From Octopus bimaculoides (lineage: Eukaryota): 64,000 nt of DNA. The notes beneath the pieces were generated by a model. It was not told the DNA's origin and searched no databases. It saw only the letters and a list, made by a program, of their open reading frames with translations. Both the position numbers and the translations under genes were made by a program. Location of the stretch: assembly GCF_001194135.2 (NCBI RefSeq), contig NC_068986.1, forward strand, positions 4,283,735 to 4,347,734, in the 5' to 3' direction. Below are positions 1 to 12,082 of this stretch, piece by piece. Each line of letters begins with the position of its first letter. Position 1 is the first letter of the stretch.

Positions 1-887
1 TATATTAAGGAGTTACAAATTCTTCTTACATGGTACATTATAAGACTGCTGAAAGTGAAATAGAATGTTCTGCTTATCCTTCACAATACTGGAATGAATT
101 GCAACCGTCTAGTTTAACAGATTCATTAAAATATTAAACAACTTTTGTTCTCTAAACTCTACTTCTTTTGTCTTCTACCTTAATTGCATCTTTTCTCATT
201 CTTTCCTTTGCATTGAATTTTGTTTCATAGCATCACTGTCCATCCTCTCTGTAGCATTCTATAAATATTTTCATTCATTCATGTATCCTATTATTTGCAA
301 AGTTAACATCCAAAATACTCAATCTCCATGTTTCAACTAAATACCTCTGGCTACTGGGGATTCCAGATTAACTTGAAATGTTATCTAATCAATAGCTTGT
401 ATTGTAGAGACTTATGAGAGGCTTTTATATAACTTTCAGTTTCAACTCAGCAATAAATGCAGTTGTCAACTGGAGTCAGCTCAGCTGTTCACTTCTACCC
501 AATTAATTATAAACATTTCCAGGAACAATTTGATCAATCAAGAAATATTGTATTAAGTCATTTTACCATTTACCAGTGTATGAAAGCCAACATTGAAAGA
601 ATTCCACATTGAAGACTATACTGATTAAGTATGCATTTCTAATTTATATATATAGTATACTGCAGAATAAAACTCAACTTATTTTAACTTTTGAAATTAA
701 TGTTGTGATAATTATGGGATATGAAAGGCAAAGCTGATTATGGAGAGATTTGAATTCAGGATTTAGTTTGGTGTCCAACTATTTTGTCAACTGTTCACCA
801 TAAACATTGATTTTCCAATCTTCTTCTCTTCAGTGGTGTCTAATTCTTTTGCTTTTCACTCTTCAGTGACAACTTCTCAAGGGTATC

Positions 888-1302
888 CAGGGCCGGATTA
901 AAACCCATACTGGTCCAAAGTACAAAAGATTTTGTTGTGCCACATAAATTTAATGCAAAATATAAACAATAATAAAACAAAGTATAAATTTGTTTTTCAA
1001 TATGAAACAAAACTAACAGAACTAATAGAAAATAATGTTTATTTTTGTATATTTCCACTTCATTTTTATTTGAAAAGTTTCCTCCTCCATTTTTTAATTG
1101 CAAAGTCTCTGATCAGATCCTCACTGAAAACCATAAATATTTGCAATTATCTTATCAATCATATCAGCCACTTCAAATATCATTTTTGCTTATTTAAGGT
1201 GATTTCTTTTGTGCTGTATGCCATTTACCATTTCTGTAGTGTCCCTTTTCCCTTGATGCCCTGTGCATGTGCTTATTTTGCTCAGTGATTAATCCAGTAC
1301 TG
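888..1302. mobile_element. hAT-like MITE (~415 bp)
   Basis: CAGGGCCGGATTAA at 888 and TTAATCCAGTACTG at 1289-1302 form a 14-bp TIR with 3 mismatches. The flanks AGGGTATC and AAGGAATC match at 6/8, like an 8-bp TSD. Confidence 0.6.
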
Positions 1303-2143
1303 AAGGAATCCTCTATGTAGTTATCTGGGTCTATATAGTCTTGCATATGATATGTAATTATGTATGGTCTACATTTTATCTCCTGTTACATGTTTGATGT
1401 CTTATATGTGATTATGTAGGGTTAGTATTGTGTCTCTTGTAAAGTGTATGATGTCTTGTACATAGTATGTAACGCCTATATACGGAAGGGACATAGCATT
1501 ATGGTTAGGGTGTTTGACTCGTTATAATAATGACATGACCTCAGTAACTGAAACTAGTGTATGAATAAAAGAAACAAGAAGCTTTCTAATCAGGTTAAGC
1601 AAATTCTTGTTGCAGTTTGTAGTATCCAACTGGCAGACTCTCTCAGTCCTTTAATGCTTCAGCCTTAGAATTACATTGGACATCACTCATGTTATTCAGT
1701 GCAACATGAACTTGAAAGAAAAATATTAAAGAATATGAAATATAAACAAAATTATATTACTAATTTCTGAAAGAAAACAAAGAAAGAAGTCTGGTTTCAA
1801 ATTGGCAGCTACATTATTGATAATTTCAGACAGGAACTAAATAGTTATTTTAAAAATTTAATGTGTAAAATACTGAAAAAAACAAAGAAAATTAATTTTG
1901 ACCATTATACCATTTAATAGTATTTAATTAAAAACTCTGAGTATTAAATTAATGTGATCAATAGGAATCTGTACTTTTTTCTATTTTCAGTGATCGCACT
2001 GTGCTTTTGTGCATTTTTTATAGAATACTAAATTCTAATAAGATCTGCTGCAAAATTAAACAATATTCAAAAAGAGTTAAATTGAAATTAGGAAGTTGAT
2101 AACGGAGGAGTTAACCATAAAATATTTGAAATACATTTGGAAG

Positions 2144-2178
<35 letters not shown>

Positions 2179-2539
2179 AATTGCTGCGAGTATGTGGTGA
2201 GTAAAAATATTTAATATTTATTGCTAATTTCTTCTGTAGAATCTAATATATCCCTGTAGTTATTGAAGGAGTCGTTAAATAACCTCATATGGTTAAGCTT
2301 GAAAATATCTGAAAGGGCCGAAATTAAAAAAAATTTTTAATGTTTTCATTTTGAACTGACAAAAACTAAAATATATTTTAAATCTAATTTATCCTCTCTC
2401 TCTCTCTCTCTCCCACTCTCTCTCTCTCTCCCACTCTTTCTCTCTCTCTCTCCCACTCTTTCTCTCTCTCTCTCTTTGTGAATATGCATATCTCTCTTTG
2501 TTTCTGTGTCTATTTACCTACCTACCTATCTGTTTATGT

Positions 2540-2906
2540 GCAGATGTGGTTGTGTGGTTAAGGCATATCCTTCCCTACCACACAGTTCTGGGTTCAGTCT
2601 CCGTGCACAGTACCATGGAGCTAATGTCTTCTGCTATATAGCTGACCAAAGACTTTGTGAGTGGATTTGGTAGACAAACACTGAAAGAAGCTCTTTGTGT
2701 ATGTGTGTGTGTCTTTACCACCACTTGACAACTAGTATTCTGATATTGGTTTTTTTTATGTCCCCATAACTTAGCAGTTCAGCAAAAGCGATCAATAGAA
2801 TAATTACCAGACTTTAAAAAAATAAGTATTAGTCAATTTGTTCAGCTAAAACCCTTCGAGGTGGTCCTCAGCCTGATTGTTGTCCAATTACTGAAGCAAG
2901 TAAGAA
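2540..2906 (+). mobile_element. tRNA-derived SINE family A (head, CORE-like segment, internal microsatellite, tail)
   Basis: Head GTGGTTGTGTGG...GGTTCAGTC with A/B-box-like motifs, then GGATTTGGTAGAC..AACTGAAAGAAGC, (TG)n and an ACTGAA.CAAGTAA tail. More than 10 homologous copies occur in the window. Confidence 0.85.
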
Positions 2907-3132
2907 AACATGGTTAAATGCCTTGACAATTTGATTTTCTGCTGCAATTAATTAAGAGTGAAATTAAGCTACGTTGATCAAAAATAGTTTTATTAATAAA
3001 CTAGCTGACCACGTGCCATCAATAATGACAGCTAATTGTAGTATTTTATATATAAATAAGATGCAAAATAAGGTACATAATAATCACACATACACACATT
3101 CATATACTTCCCTTGTGCATGCACACACATAC

Positions 3133-3227
3133 TTAGTTGGAGTTATGGACTCTTTGTCAACAGGAAGTTTATGTCCATTCCTAGAGAAATAACTTCCTGT
3201 TGACAAAGAGTCCATAAATCCAACTAA
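3133..3227. repeat. Near-perfect hairpin: 37-bp arms, 1 mismatch, 21-nt loop
   Basis: TTAGTTGGAGTTATGGACTCTTTGTCAACAGGAAGTT (3133-3169) pairs with 3191-3227. Confidence 0.9.
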
Positions 3228-3619
3228 AGAGATTTGTCTCCCCTTACACACACTTCCTGTTTTGACACCACACTACCTGCTTAACACAAACTTTTAGCTC
3301 CTTTTCTCTTTTTTTAAACCTAACACAATTCTCAATTTTCATGCATCCTTATTTTTCCAACTATTATCTACATGGATTACCATTGAACTTTAAAAGCTCA
3401 AAGACAATATAATGTATTGGTATATTTATTTTTTTATATATTATTTTTTTTTATATATTATTTTTTACTTTTATGTAAAAAACATTTTCATTCTCCCTCT
3501 TCTTGAAAATTTGCCAGTTAGAAATCTATATTAAAATATGCTTTCAGTTTAGCATTCTGCCTTATTATTATTTTTCATTTTCCTATTATTTCTACACGTG
3601 CGGTTAACACAACCCCACT

Positions 3620-3937
3620 ATGCATCAATCCAATAGAAACTGCTTGGTAGATCCCATTTCTTGTTTGGTTATTTGGAACAATAATAATTAATTTCTAGGC
3701 ACTCCCACCTCTGGAAATTGCTACGAATAATTGTCCATGAGAGAAGCATTGGATTGAGAGATCCGAAGAATTTGCTTTAAAAATCTTGTGCCTTATTTAT
3801 AGTCATAGCAAAACACTGCTTGCATGGAAATTGGAGACACCTAAACTTGAAGGGCAGCTCTGTGTCTGATGGTACCTGTAAAATTCATAGGAACTGCAGG
3901 AAATAATAGCTTCAATGACATTAGCATGGAACCACAT
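3620..3937 (-). pseudogene. Helitron/PIF1-type helicase C-terminal remnant (frameshifted, internally deleted)
   Basis: The minus strand reads NVIEAIIS ... VPSDTELPFKFRCLQFPCKQCFAMTINKAQ, then after a frameshift CFSHGQLFVAISRGG ... QTRNGIYQAV. These match the Helitron helicase motifs PFKF.R.QFP...FAMTINK.QGQ and FSHGQLYVA.SR. Confidence 0.85.
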
Positions 3938-3997
3938 TGCATAGATATAAATATATATATACACACTCATGTAAAGATATATGTATGTGTTTGTATC

Positions 3998-4004
<7 letters not shown>

Positions 4005-4028
<24 letters not shown>

Positions 4029-4392
4029 NNNNNNNNNNNNNNNNNNNNNNNNNNNNNNNNNNNNNNNNNNNNNNNNNNNNNNNNNNNNNNNNNNNNNNNN
4101 NNNNNNNNNNNNNNNNNNNNNNNNNNNNNNNNNNNNNNNNNNNNNNNNNNNNNNNNNNNNNNNNNNNNNNNNNNNNNNNNNNNNNNNNNNNNNNNNNNNN
4201 NNNNNNNNNNNNNNNNNNNNNNNNNNNNNNNNNNNNNNNNNNNNNNNNNNNNNNNNNNNNNNNNNNNNNNNNNNNNNNNNNNNNNNNNNNNNNNNNNNNN
4301 NNNNNNNNNNNNNNNNNNNNNNNNNNNNNNNNNNNNNNNNNNNNNNNNNNNNNNNNNNNNNNNNNNNNNNNNNNNNNNNNNNNNNNNNNNNN

Positions 4393-4440
<48 letters not shown>
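4005..4440. repeat. (TA)n microsatellite spanning an assembly gap
   Basis: TA runs lie on both sides of the N run at 4029-4391. Confidence 0.9.
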
Positions 4441-4441
<1 letters not shown>

Positions 4442-4720
4442 TAGCTGGATTACCTGGCATTGCCTGAGTTAATGACTCACAGAATTAACAGTAACATCAC
4501 AAAGCTCTTTATTTAACTTTCAGTAAATCTTTTTGAAGAAAAAACAACAAAATTTTGAACTAAGACCACTTTGTAGACTTTTTTATTTCTCTTCTTTTAA
4601 GAATATATTTTTGTTTGATATCCAAATTCTAAACATATGCAAGTTCAATTCTGTAAAAATTTGTACACAAATTCAAATGTTTTGAATTCCTTTTCAATTT
4701 CTACTTAAACTGATATTTAC

Positions 4721-4889
4721 CCTAACCCAAAATTATAATCCCAAGCACTAACCTGAAACCCTAATGTTAAATGCTAACCCTCAGCTCTTACCTCAAAGCT
4801 TAATTCAAGATCCTAATCCTTATTTTATCCCTAAAATCTAAATTACAATACTAACCCTAATATTAAATCCTAAACCCAACCCCCAACTC
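4721..4889 (+). repeat. Degenerate CCCTAA-like (telomere-like) tract
   Basis: Recurrent CCCTAA, CTAACC and CCTAAT variants separated by A/T spacers. Confidence 0.55.
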
Positions 4890-5794
4890 TGTGGAATCAC
4901 AATCTCCTACGTTTGAAGCAGATACGTCTAGGAAAAAATCTGGAACATTAAAATGGTTACCATACATAGCTTTAAAATTAAGCAGGATGAAAAAGTGATA
5001 AGCTTTTTCAATTTTAAAAACTTTTTATTAGCAGAATTGGAATGTCTGGTTACAACACCAAAAGGGATAAGATACTAAGCGATAACAATTTCCCCTTTAT
5101 AAATTTGTCTTTCTAACTTTGCAATAGACAAATTAGTGATGATAACTTTGGAAATAATAAAAAAGAAATTAATAAGGTATTCCACTTCAATGTTGGCTTG
5201 AAATGTTGTCTTTATGAAAAGAAAAGTGATAATTTCTTTATCATCTGCTCATAAATGGAAAAAAAGGAATACTTTGGTTATTTCAGGATAATTTCGGTTT
5301 AAACATTGCCAAATACCTGTCTATAGATTTGTGAGTGTGTGTGTGTGTTAGAACGAGAGAGACAGAAAGAAAGAGAGAGCAAGAGACAAACAAAGAGAGA
5401 GTGAGAGAAAGAGAAAGACAGATTGAAAGTGCATGCTGTTGTATCCTTGAATGACTGTTGTGTTAATGTTACCATCCTACTGCCACTCCATATTTGTCAC
5501 TTACACAACTCTGTTCTCCCCTTCCCTGATATCAGCCACACTCACTATGCCACCACATTTCCCTCTCACTAACACTCTTGCATCCTTTTCATTTTATCAT
5601 ATTGTAGCCCAGCCTCACCTAGGGGGTCCATTATACATTTTTATTGAAATCCACTTTGCCTATAATTGAACTGGATATTAGTTTAACATGTATGCAAAGT
5701 TTCGTCAAGATTAGTTCACTGGTGTAGGCAGCAAGGCAGCAAGATGGTAACAGACAGAGATTGCCGTTCATTCATAAGATGCGTGTGTGCGTGC

Positions 5795-5841
<47 letters not shown>

Positions 5842-6001
5842 AAATTCATTGTGGGGCTAATAATGCACTTGGGATCTTAATGAATTTTTCTTTTCTAATA
5901 ATTTCAGTCATAACAATTTCAACAATATTGACTTTCTGTGATAAATAATAAAAAAAAAAAAAAAAAAAAGATGGAAGTTGAAAGGAAAGAGAACATACAA
6001 G

Positions 6002-6779
6002 AAAAAGTTTCTTGGCAATAAAACATGTTCAAGAATCAAATGTTCAATAGGTTTCATTGCAAAATTACTTCATGAAAATTCAAGTGTCCAATAAGTTTCA
6101 CAGCAATAAGAAATGATGTAAATGCAAATGTCTGCTAAGTTACATTGCAGTAATAGATTATGGAAATTTGAAAGTTCAGTAAATTTCATAGCAATAAATT
6201 ACACTAGCAATTAAACATGGCTCGACATTTGACAGACGAATGACGCTCAGAGACAATCAACCAACCAGATTGCTGGATAACTGTCAGACAACAAGTAACC
6301 GAAAACAGATGAGCAGATGATGTCCCAAGGCAGTCAACAACCAGTAACCAGCATACTGGGGCCACAGGTGGACAAAAACAAGTAATATCACTGAGTATAG
6401 CCAATCTGGATTTTAACCTATGTCTTAAAACCTACATGCATAAGGCAATATCAGCTTGAAAAGTAGTTCAAGTTCCACATTTGAATGAATAAAGGAAATA
6501 GTGAACAATTCTATCATACACAGCATGACAGAGCTTGTAAAAGTACATTTTTCCTCTGCTTTAAAGTCTTCGTTATGTCTAATTGCTAACATAATTTATT
6601 GCCTGAAACTTACTGAACTTTCAAATTCCTGTCATGTACTGTTGCTATGAAATTCGTCAAACATTTGCACTTTCACCATTTCTTATTGCTGTGAAATTTA
6701 CTGAACATCATGTAATTTTGCTACAAAAGCCATTGAACATTTGATCTTTGTGTACATTTTATTACTATGAAGCTTTTTC
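6002..6779. mobile_element. Foldback-like element with ~200-bp imperfect inverted arms
   Basis: About 6002-6220 is the reverse complement of about 6572-6779, e.g. AAGTTTCACAGCAATAAGAAATG / CATTTCTTATTGCTGTGAAATTT. The arms contain TTTCA.AGCAATAA subrepeats. Confidence 0.75.
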
Positions 6780-6839
6780 TTGTGCATTCTCTTTCAAATT
6801 TTCATTTCATTTTATTTTCTTATTTATAACTTGAAAATC

Positions 6840-7034
6840 CAAACCCTGATGAACACCTATCTGTACACTAAATTCATCATTATACTCAAGGTTAACTCTC
6901 ACCTTAGTGATAGAACCTCTGTGAATGACTTGTACAGCTTTCACAAGCCACTCATTTACCCCTAGCTTCCTCACAGCCCACCATATCACACAGTGGGGGT
7001 ACTCTGTCAGAGGCTTTCTCCAAGTCAACAAACA
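6840..7034 (-). mobile_element. RTE LINE reverse transcriptase fragment
   Basis: Translation VIWWAVRKLGVNEWLVKAVQ...KVRVNLEYNDEFSVQIGVHQG is homologous to the copy at 58374-58667. Confidence 0.9.
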
Positions 7035-7440
7035 TCAAGTCAGTGGTTTATTCTTAGTGGTTTATTCTGCAGTTGTCTGACTACAAAGATAACATCAGCT
7101 AATCTGATTCTGTATATTTATGTGTATAACCATCATTGGAATACATCTGAATGATTTATGGACTGAGTTAAATTAAATACATACATACATATACATATAT
7201 ATTTTACATGAATAATATATAGTCTGTTGACTAATTTTTTTCTCGCTACACCACTGGTAGCAAATTAAATTTCTTAATTTTTTTTGCTACCCTAAGACTT
7301 ATTAATTAATTATATATATATATATATATATATATGCATGCACATTTTCATATACATATTTATACATAGCAGGCTTTGACCATTTTTATAAGCAGCTCAG
7401 ATTCACATCTGGGTTCATTTATGTTTATAACACCTGAGGC

Positions 7441-7478
<38 letters not shown>

Positions 7479-8325
7479 TGTCTGTGTTGTATGCAGTATG
7501 TATGTGTGTATATAGTGTTTACATATTTATGTGTATCAGCATAAAAACATACAGATAAATATATTACATAGCCATACGTCTGTTGCATGTCATTACATGA
7601 ATATAAACATACATATATATTTAAATACACATATATTAATATCATAAATATTTAGTGGTGGTGGTGGTGTGTGTGTGTGTGTGTGTGTAGATAGATGAAT
7701 CCTTAAAAATATACTAACCTTCATAATAATGTTTGTCTTCTTGCAAAATTTCTGCTTCTCATAGGAATTTGTCTTCATCTAAAAATTGTTTTTAACCCCT
7801 TAAAAAGTTTGTCTTCTGTTAATTCTTTTTTGAGCCCCTCACCAGAAAGAAGAAAATTTCTTTCTACTAAAAATCTATGCCTTTCCTAAAAGTTCTATGT
7901 TCCCTTAAAACTTTTCTGTGTCCTTTGTAAAATAGAACATTTACACAGTGAAAATAAAGTATTGAAGTATCAGAAAAATATTAAGTAGCATATCAAACAA
8001 GGGATGGTGGACAATTTTCCTGGTCCCAATGGATGGAAAGGGTGCTTGATTTTTCTTTTCCAGTTTGGTCTGAATCTGGCCTTAGTTTTTCTGTAGGATA
8101 TAATTTTATGAGTGAACAGATACACATGCATGATTACAGACATACACACAACTGATTTATACATACATACATACATACATAAAGATAATTTAGTTAAACC
8201 AAATTTAATGTTGGTTAACATAAGATTTTATATTGAATATGAATTTACAATTTAAACAGAGCAATATATATATGTGTGTGTGTGTGTGTATGTGTGTGTG
8301 TATGTGTGTGTGTGTGTGTGTGTGT

Positions 8326-8580
8326 GGAGGCATGTGGCTTAGTGGTTAGGGTGTCAGCATCATGATTGTAAGATTGTGGTTTCGATTCCTGGACCGGGCA
8401 ACGCGTTGTGTTCTTGAGCAAAACACTTCATTTCACGTTACTCCAGTCCACTCAGCTGGCAAAAATAAGTAACACTGTGATGGACTGGCGTCCCGTCCAG
8501 CTGGGGAACACATACGCCATTGAAACCGGGAAACTGGGCCCATGATCCTGGCTAGGCTTTAAAAGGGTGCATTTATTTTT
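8326..8580 (+). mobile_element. tRNA-derived SINE family C (central domain resembles Meta/V-SINE)
   Basis: Head GGCTTAGTGG...GTTTCGATTCC, then TTCTTGAGCAAAACACTT and GATGGACTGGCGTCCCGTCCAG. Homologues lie at 18718, 26422 and 29034. The superfamily name is from memory. Confidence 0.8.
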
Positions 8581-8725
8581 ATTATATAAATATATACATT
8601 CATACATACATACTTATACACACACACATACAAAAGAACATGGGCATTGACTCGATACTCTTTTATTTCATCTGTTGCATGTGTTTCAGTAGTCAACAAT
8701 TCATAACATCACACTACAGATGCAA

Positions 8726-8739
8726 CCAGTAGATGGCGC
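8726..8739 (+). promoter_or_regulatory. CTCF-like core motif
   Basis: CCAGTAGATGGCGC fits CCASYAGRKGGCRS. Sequence match only. Confidence 0.3.
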
Positions 8740-8880
8740 CTATTGGATCATCATAGTAAGCCAACTCATTGTCAAACAGTTAAAGAGCAACCAAATTTAA
8801 ACACCTGAGAAGCAAAGGCCAGCGTGGTGGGGACAGGGGCAATAGGTTGGGAAACTGATTGACTGGTGTTTTTAAGGGTG

Positions 8881-9053
8881 GGGGTTAGTCACTGGGAACA
8901 GAACTGCTTAATTGTTGCACATCATTGGCATTTAATCATATGTGTGTATGTATGTACATATATACATGCATGTGTATGATTTGATACCCTTGATGTGCAA
9001 CAATTAAGCCTTTCAGGTTTCAACACTCATTCTGATCCCAGTGACTAACCCCC
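8881..9053. repeat. Inverted repeat around a TA/TG-rich loop (probable MITE remnant)
   Basis: GGGGTTAGTCACTGGGAACAGAA / TTCTGATCCCAGTGACTAACCCC and GCTTAATTGTTGCACATCA / TGATGTGCAACAATTAAGC. Confidence 0.85.
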
Positions 9054-9268
9054 ATTCTTGCCTTAGGAGTTCTGCAGTCTGTAGAATCACATAATTGCAA
9101 ACCAACCTTTAAACCACAGTGCTACATGTGTGATTAGCTGAACCATTTCTTGTCTAAAATTATAGTTTATTTATTTATTCATACATGAGTCTATGGAAAT
9201 GCTAAGAATTTCAAACGAGTAACTCAATTCAGTTGGCATAATTTTTAGCATGTGTATTTAGACATTAA

Positions 9269-9303
<35 letters not shown>

Positions 9304-9569
9304 CAAAACCAGAATTGCAATAGTTTAAGGATTAGCATTTATATTATCAAACATCGTCGAAGAAGTATATATTTCTTGAAATATTTCTGACTATTTCAAA
9401 AAGCTTTGCAGGTATTTAAAATGCTAGAAATGTTTTCCACTGCAAGTGATGATATGACATAGATTTCACTTTATCATGTTATAACTAGTGTTGGAAGTAT
9501 TCTCCAATGAAACAAAATATTTTTATACACTTAACACTTTACTAATAGAATTCTTTCTCGGTGATTTGA

Positions 9570-9880
9570 GGCTTGGGACAGTGGTGAGAAAGGTTCTACA
9601 GACATTGGGACTCACAAAAGGGATGACAGGAAACGAGATCCCTGGCAGTTCATTGCGCTTGAGAAAACACATCAAGCTAAATAAAAGCATACTTGTCCTT
9701 GCACACAGGCATGTCACCTGCATTTCTTTCCAGCTGAGCATTCCTAACCTTGCAGGCTCATGGGTGCTGGTGCCTCAGAAAAAGCATAAGTACTGGTGCC
9801 ACATAAATGCACCCATGCCAGTGCTGTGTAAAAGGGCCCAGTCCACTCTGTAAAGTGGTTGTCAGTTTGGAAATGATGAT
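9570..9880 (+). mobile_element. RTE LINE 3' end (ORF C-terminus plus 3' UTR), decayed
   Basis: VVRKVLQTLGLTKGMT resembles the RTE C-terminus. It is followed by UTR modules and a GATGAT tail. Confidence 0.75.
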
Positions 9881-9952
9881 GAATGCTAACTAAAAGAAAT
9901 TTAGAATAAAGGTTTTATGTTGCCTGGAGCACAGCAGAATTTGAGGGTTTAA

Positions 9953-10171
9953 CTCTTTAGCATTTAAACTGGCTATATTTGGCCTCAAAATTGTACTTGT
10001 TTTATGTTCAAAGTGGCTAGATCCAGCCTCTCTCTTCTACTATACAATATTCATTCTGAAAATAAATAGTCACATCATCAAAATCATGAGGTTATCAGAT
10101 AATGCATGATTAATTCATGACAGTAAATAAATAAGCATTACATACAACAGAGTAATCTGAATGTTAAAGTG
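9953..10171 (-). mobile_element. TTAA-flanked MITE family A (piggyBac-type ends), opposite orientation to the other copies
   Basis: TTAA|CTCTTTAGCATT...AATGTTAAAGTG|TTAA. The internal sequence is the reverse complement of 14810-15017. Confidence 0.75.
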
Positions 10172-10182
10172 TTAAATCTTAG

Positions 10183-10458
10183 TGCCCCTGGACTGGCTCT
10201 TGTGCGGGTGGCACATAAAATACACCATTTGAGCGTGGCCATTGCCAGTACCGCCTGACTGGCCTCGTGCGGGTGGCACGTAAAAGCACCCACTACACTC
10301 TCAGAGTGGTTGGCATTAGGAAGGGCATCCATCTGTAGAAACTCTGCCAAATCAGATTGGAGCCTGGTCTAGCCATCCGGTTTCACCAGTCCTCAGTCAA
10401 ATCGTCCAACCCATGCTAGCATGGAAAGCGGACGTTAAACGATGAGGATGATGATGAT
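10183..10458 (+). mobile_element. Young RTE 3' UTR fragment with (GAT)n tail
   Basis: Near-identical to 43735-44004, 44955-45265 and 63920-64000. Ends CCAACCCATGCTAGCATGGAAAGCGGACGTTAAACGATGA... Confidence 0.85.
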
Positions 10459-10479
10459 ATCCAGCTGCTACTATAACAC

Positions 10480-10740
10480 CAAGCTGAACAAAGCTTTGTG
10501 AGTGGCTTTAGCTATCAAAAGCTGAAAGTGTGTGTGTGTGTGTGTGTGTGGGTGAGTGATAACTGGTGCTGGTTTGTTTGTGTTCTTCTTAACTTAACAG
10601 TTTGACAAAAAAGACCGATAGAATAAGTATCAGACTTTAAAAAAATAAGTTCTGGGTTCAATTTGTTCAACTAAAAAAAAAACTCTTCAAGGCAGTGTTC
10701 CAGTATGGTCACAGTCCAGTTACTGAAACAAGTAAAGGAT
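10480..10740 (+). mobile_element. SINE family A, 5'-truncated
   Basis: AAAGCTTTGTGAGTGG, (TG)n, GATAGAATAAGTA and tail motifs. Confidence 0.75.
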
Positions 10741-10995
10741 GAAGTATGAGAAATCTTCATTGAATATTTTACCTTTTTATTTATTTATATGTTTCTTATT
10801 AATTCCTTGCACTTCAATAGAAGTAGCATAAGAATATCTTTTTTGTTGATGTTTTTAAGGATACGCTTACATCTTGAATGTAATATAGAAATTTTTTTTT
10901 TTTTCATTTTTACTACTTTTACTACTGGTACTTCAACAACAGTGGGGTTCAATATTCTTTTCGTGACCATTTCCTGGCAAGGCCTTTCTAAAAAT

Positions 10996-11030
<35 letters not shown>

Positions 11031-11522
11031 ACACCAAGAAACAAAATATTGAACCATCCATTCATTGTAAAATTTTTCTTGATAATACAAGAGAAATATA
11101 TATGGAAGGGGGGAAAATATTCATTGCAGGTGACTCAGTTTCAAAATTAATTTTCATGAGTTGTGAACAATCAGCTTTCTATATCAATAACAATGTACAT
11201 TGATATTGGTCTTGTGCATCCATTCATTAAACTGATTACATTAGTATCAAAGCTATTCTTAAGTCTTTTCAACAGTTTCCATAAACCTGTTTTTGGTCAG
11301 TTCAGGGTCACTTTCTTCTGCTTTATTTCACAGTTTTTTGCCATTTTCACATTCTAGTTCTTTTCATTTTAATCTTGATTTTCAACCTCTTCCCCCATTT
11401 CACTGTTTGAAAATGAGTTTTGAATTGAAAGTAGCAATGTTAACTGCATCAGTCTCACTGATCTCAGCTTGCAGTGGCAATAGGTGCTGCTCTTTCCTAC
11501 AGTCATATACATATAGCTATAA

Positions 11523-11569
<47 letters not shown>

Positions 11570-12024
11570 CAGATATAAGGCAGGGAATCGTCAATTAGTA
11601 ATAAAATTAATAATTAACAATTTAGCCAAGTAGTTCAGTATGAAAAAACCTTNNNNNNNNNNNNNNNNNNNNNNNNNNNNNNNNNNNNNNNNNNNNNNNN
11701 NNNNNNNNNNNNNNNNNNNNNNNNNNNNNNNNNNNNNNNNNNNNNNNNNNNNNNNNNNNNNNNNNNNNNNNNNNNNNNNNNNNNNNNNNNNNNNNNNNNN
11801 NNNNNNNNNNNNNNNNNNNNNNNNNNNNNNNNNNNNNNNNNNNNNNNNNNNNNNNNNNNNNNNNNNNNNNNNNNNNNNNNNNNNNNNNNNNNNNNNNNNN
11901 NNNNNNNNNNNNNNNNNNNATATATATATTTGTTCATAGAAAAGCATGTAATCGTTACCAATATAGCAAGAGATTTCACTGCAAAAGGTCTAAAGTAGAC
12001 TCCTTAAGGATCGTTCTCCTTGGT

Positions 12025-12051
12025 TATATATCCAAAGTTTTAAAACTTTGG

Positions 12052-12058
<7 letters not shown>
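12025..12058. repeat. Perfect 34-bp palindrome
   Basis: TATATATCCAAAGTTTT|AAAACTTTGGATATATA. Confidence 0.9.

Positions 12059-12082
<24 letters not shown>

Noticed and set aside
9-137. Open frames at the window start on both strands
   Set aside because: They are short, the upstream context is cut off, and they are within chance expectation.
1991-2196. Exon bounded by TTTTCAG and GTG|GTGAGT
   Set aside because: It contains stops in the frames checked and a ~30-A run. A non-coding exon cannot be supported without transcript data.
3869-4472. ORFs spanning N-gaps (also 11591-11979)
   Set aside because: They are artefacts of Ns and (TA)n.
8326-8400. tRNA genes at SINE heads
   Set aside because: They have A/B boxes but no complete cloverleaf, and each continues into a SINE body.
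10378-10400. CTGAGGA-CTGGT-GAAAC on the minus strand of the RTE 3' UTR as a hammerhead core
   Set aside because: The five bases between the boxes cannot form stem II, and no stem III or NUH site follows.
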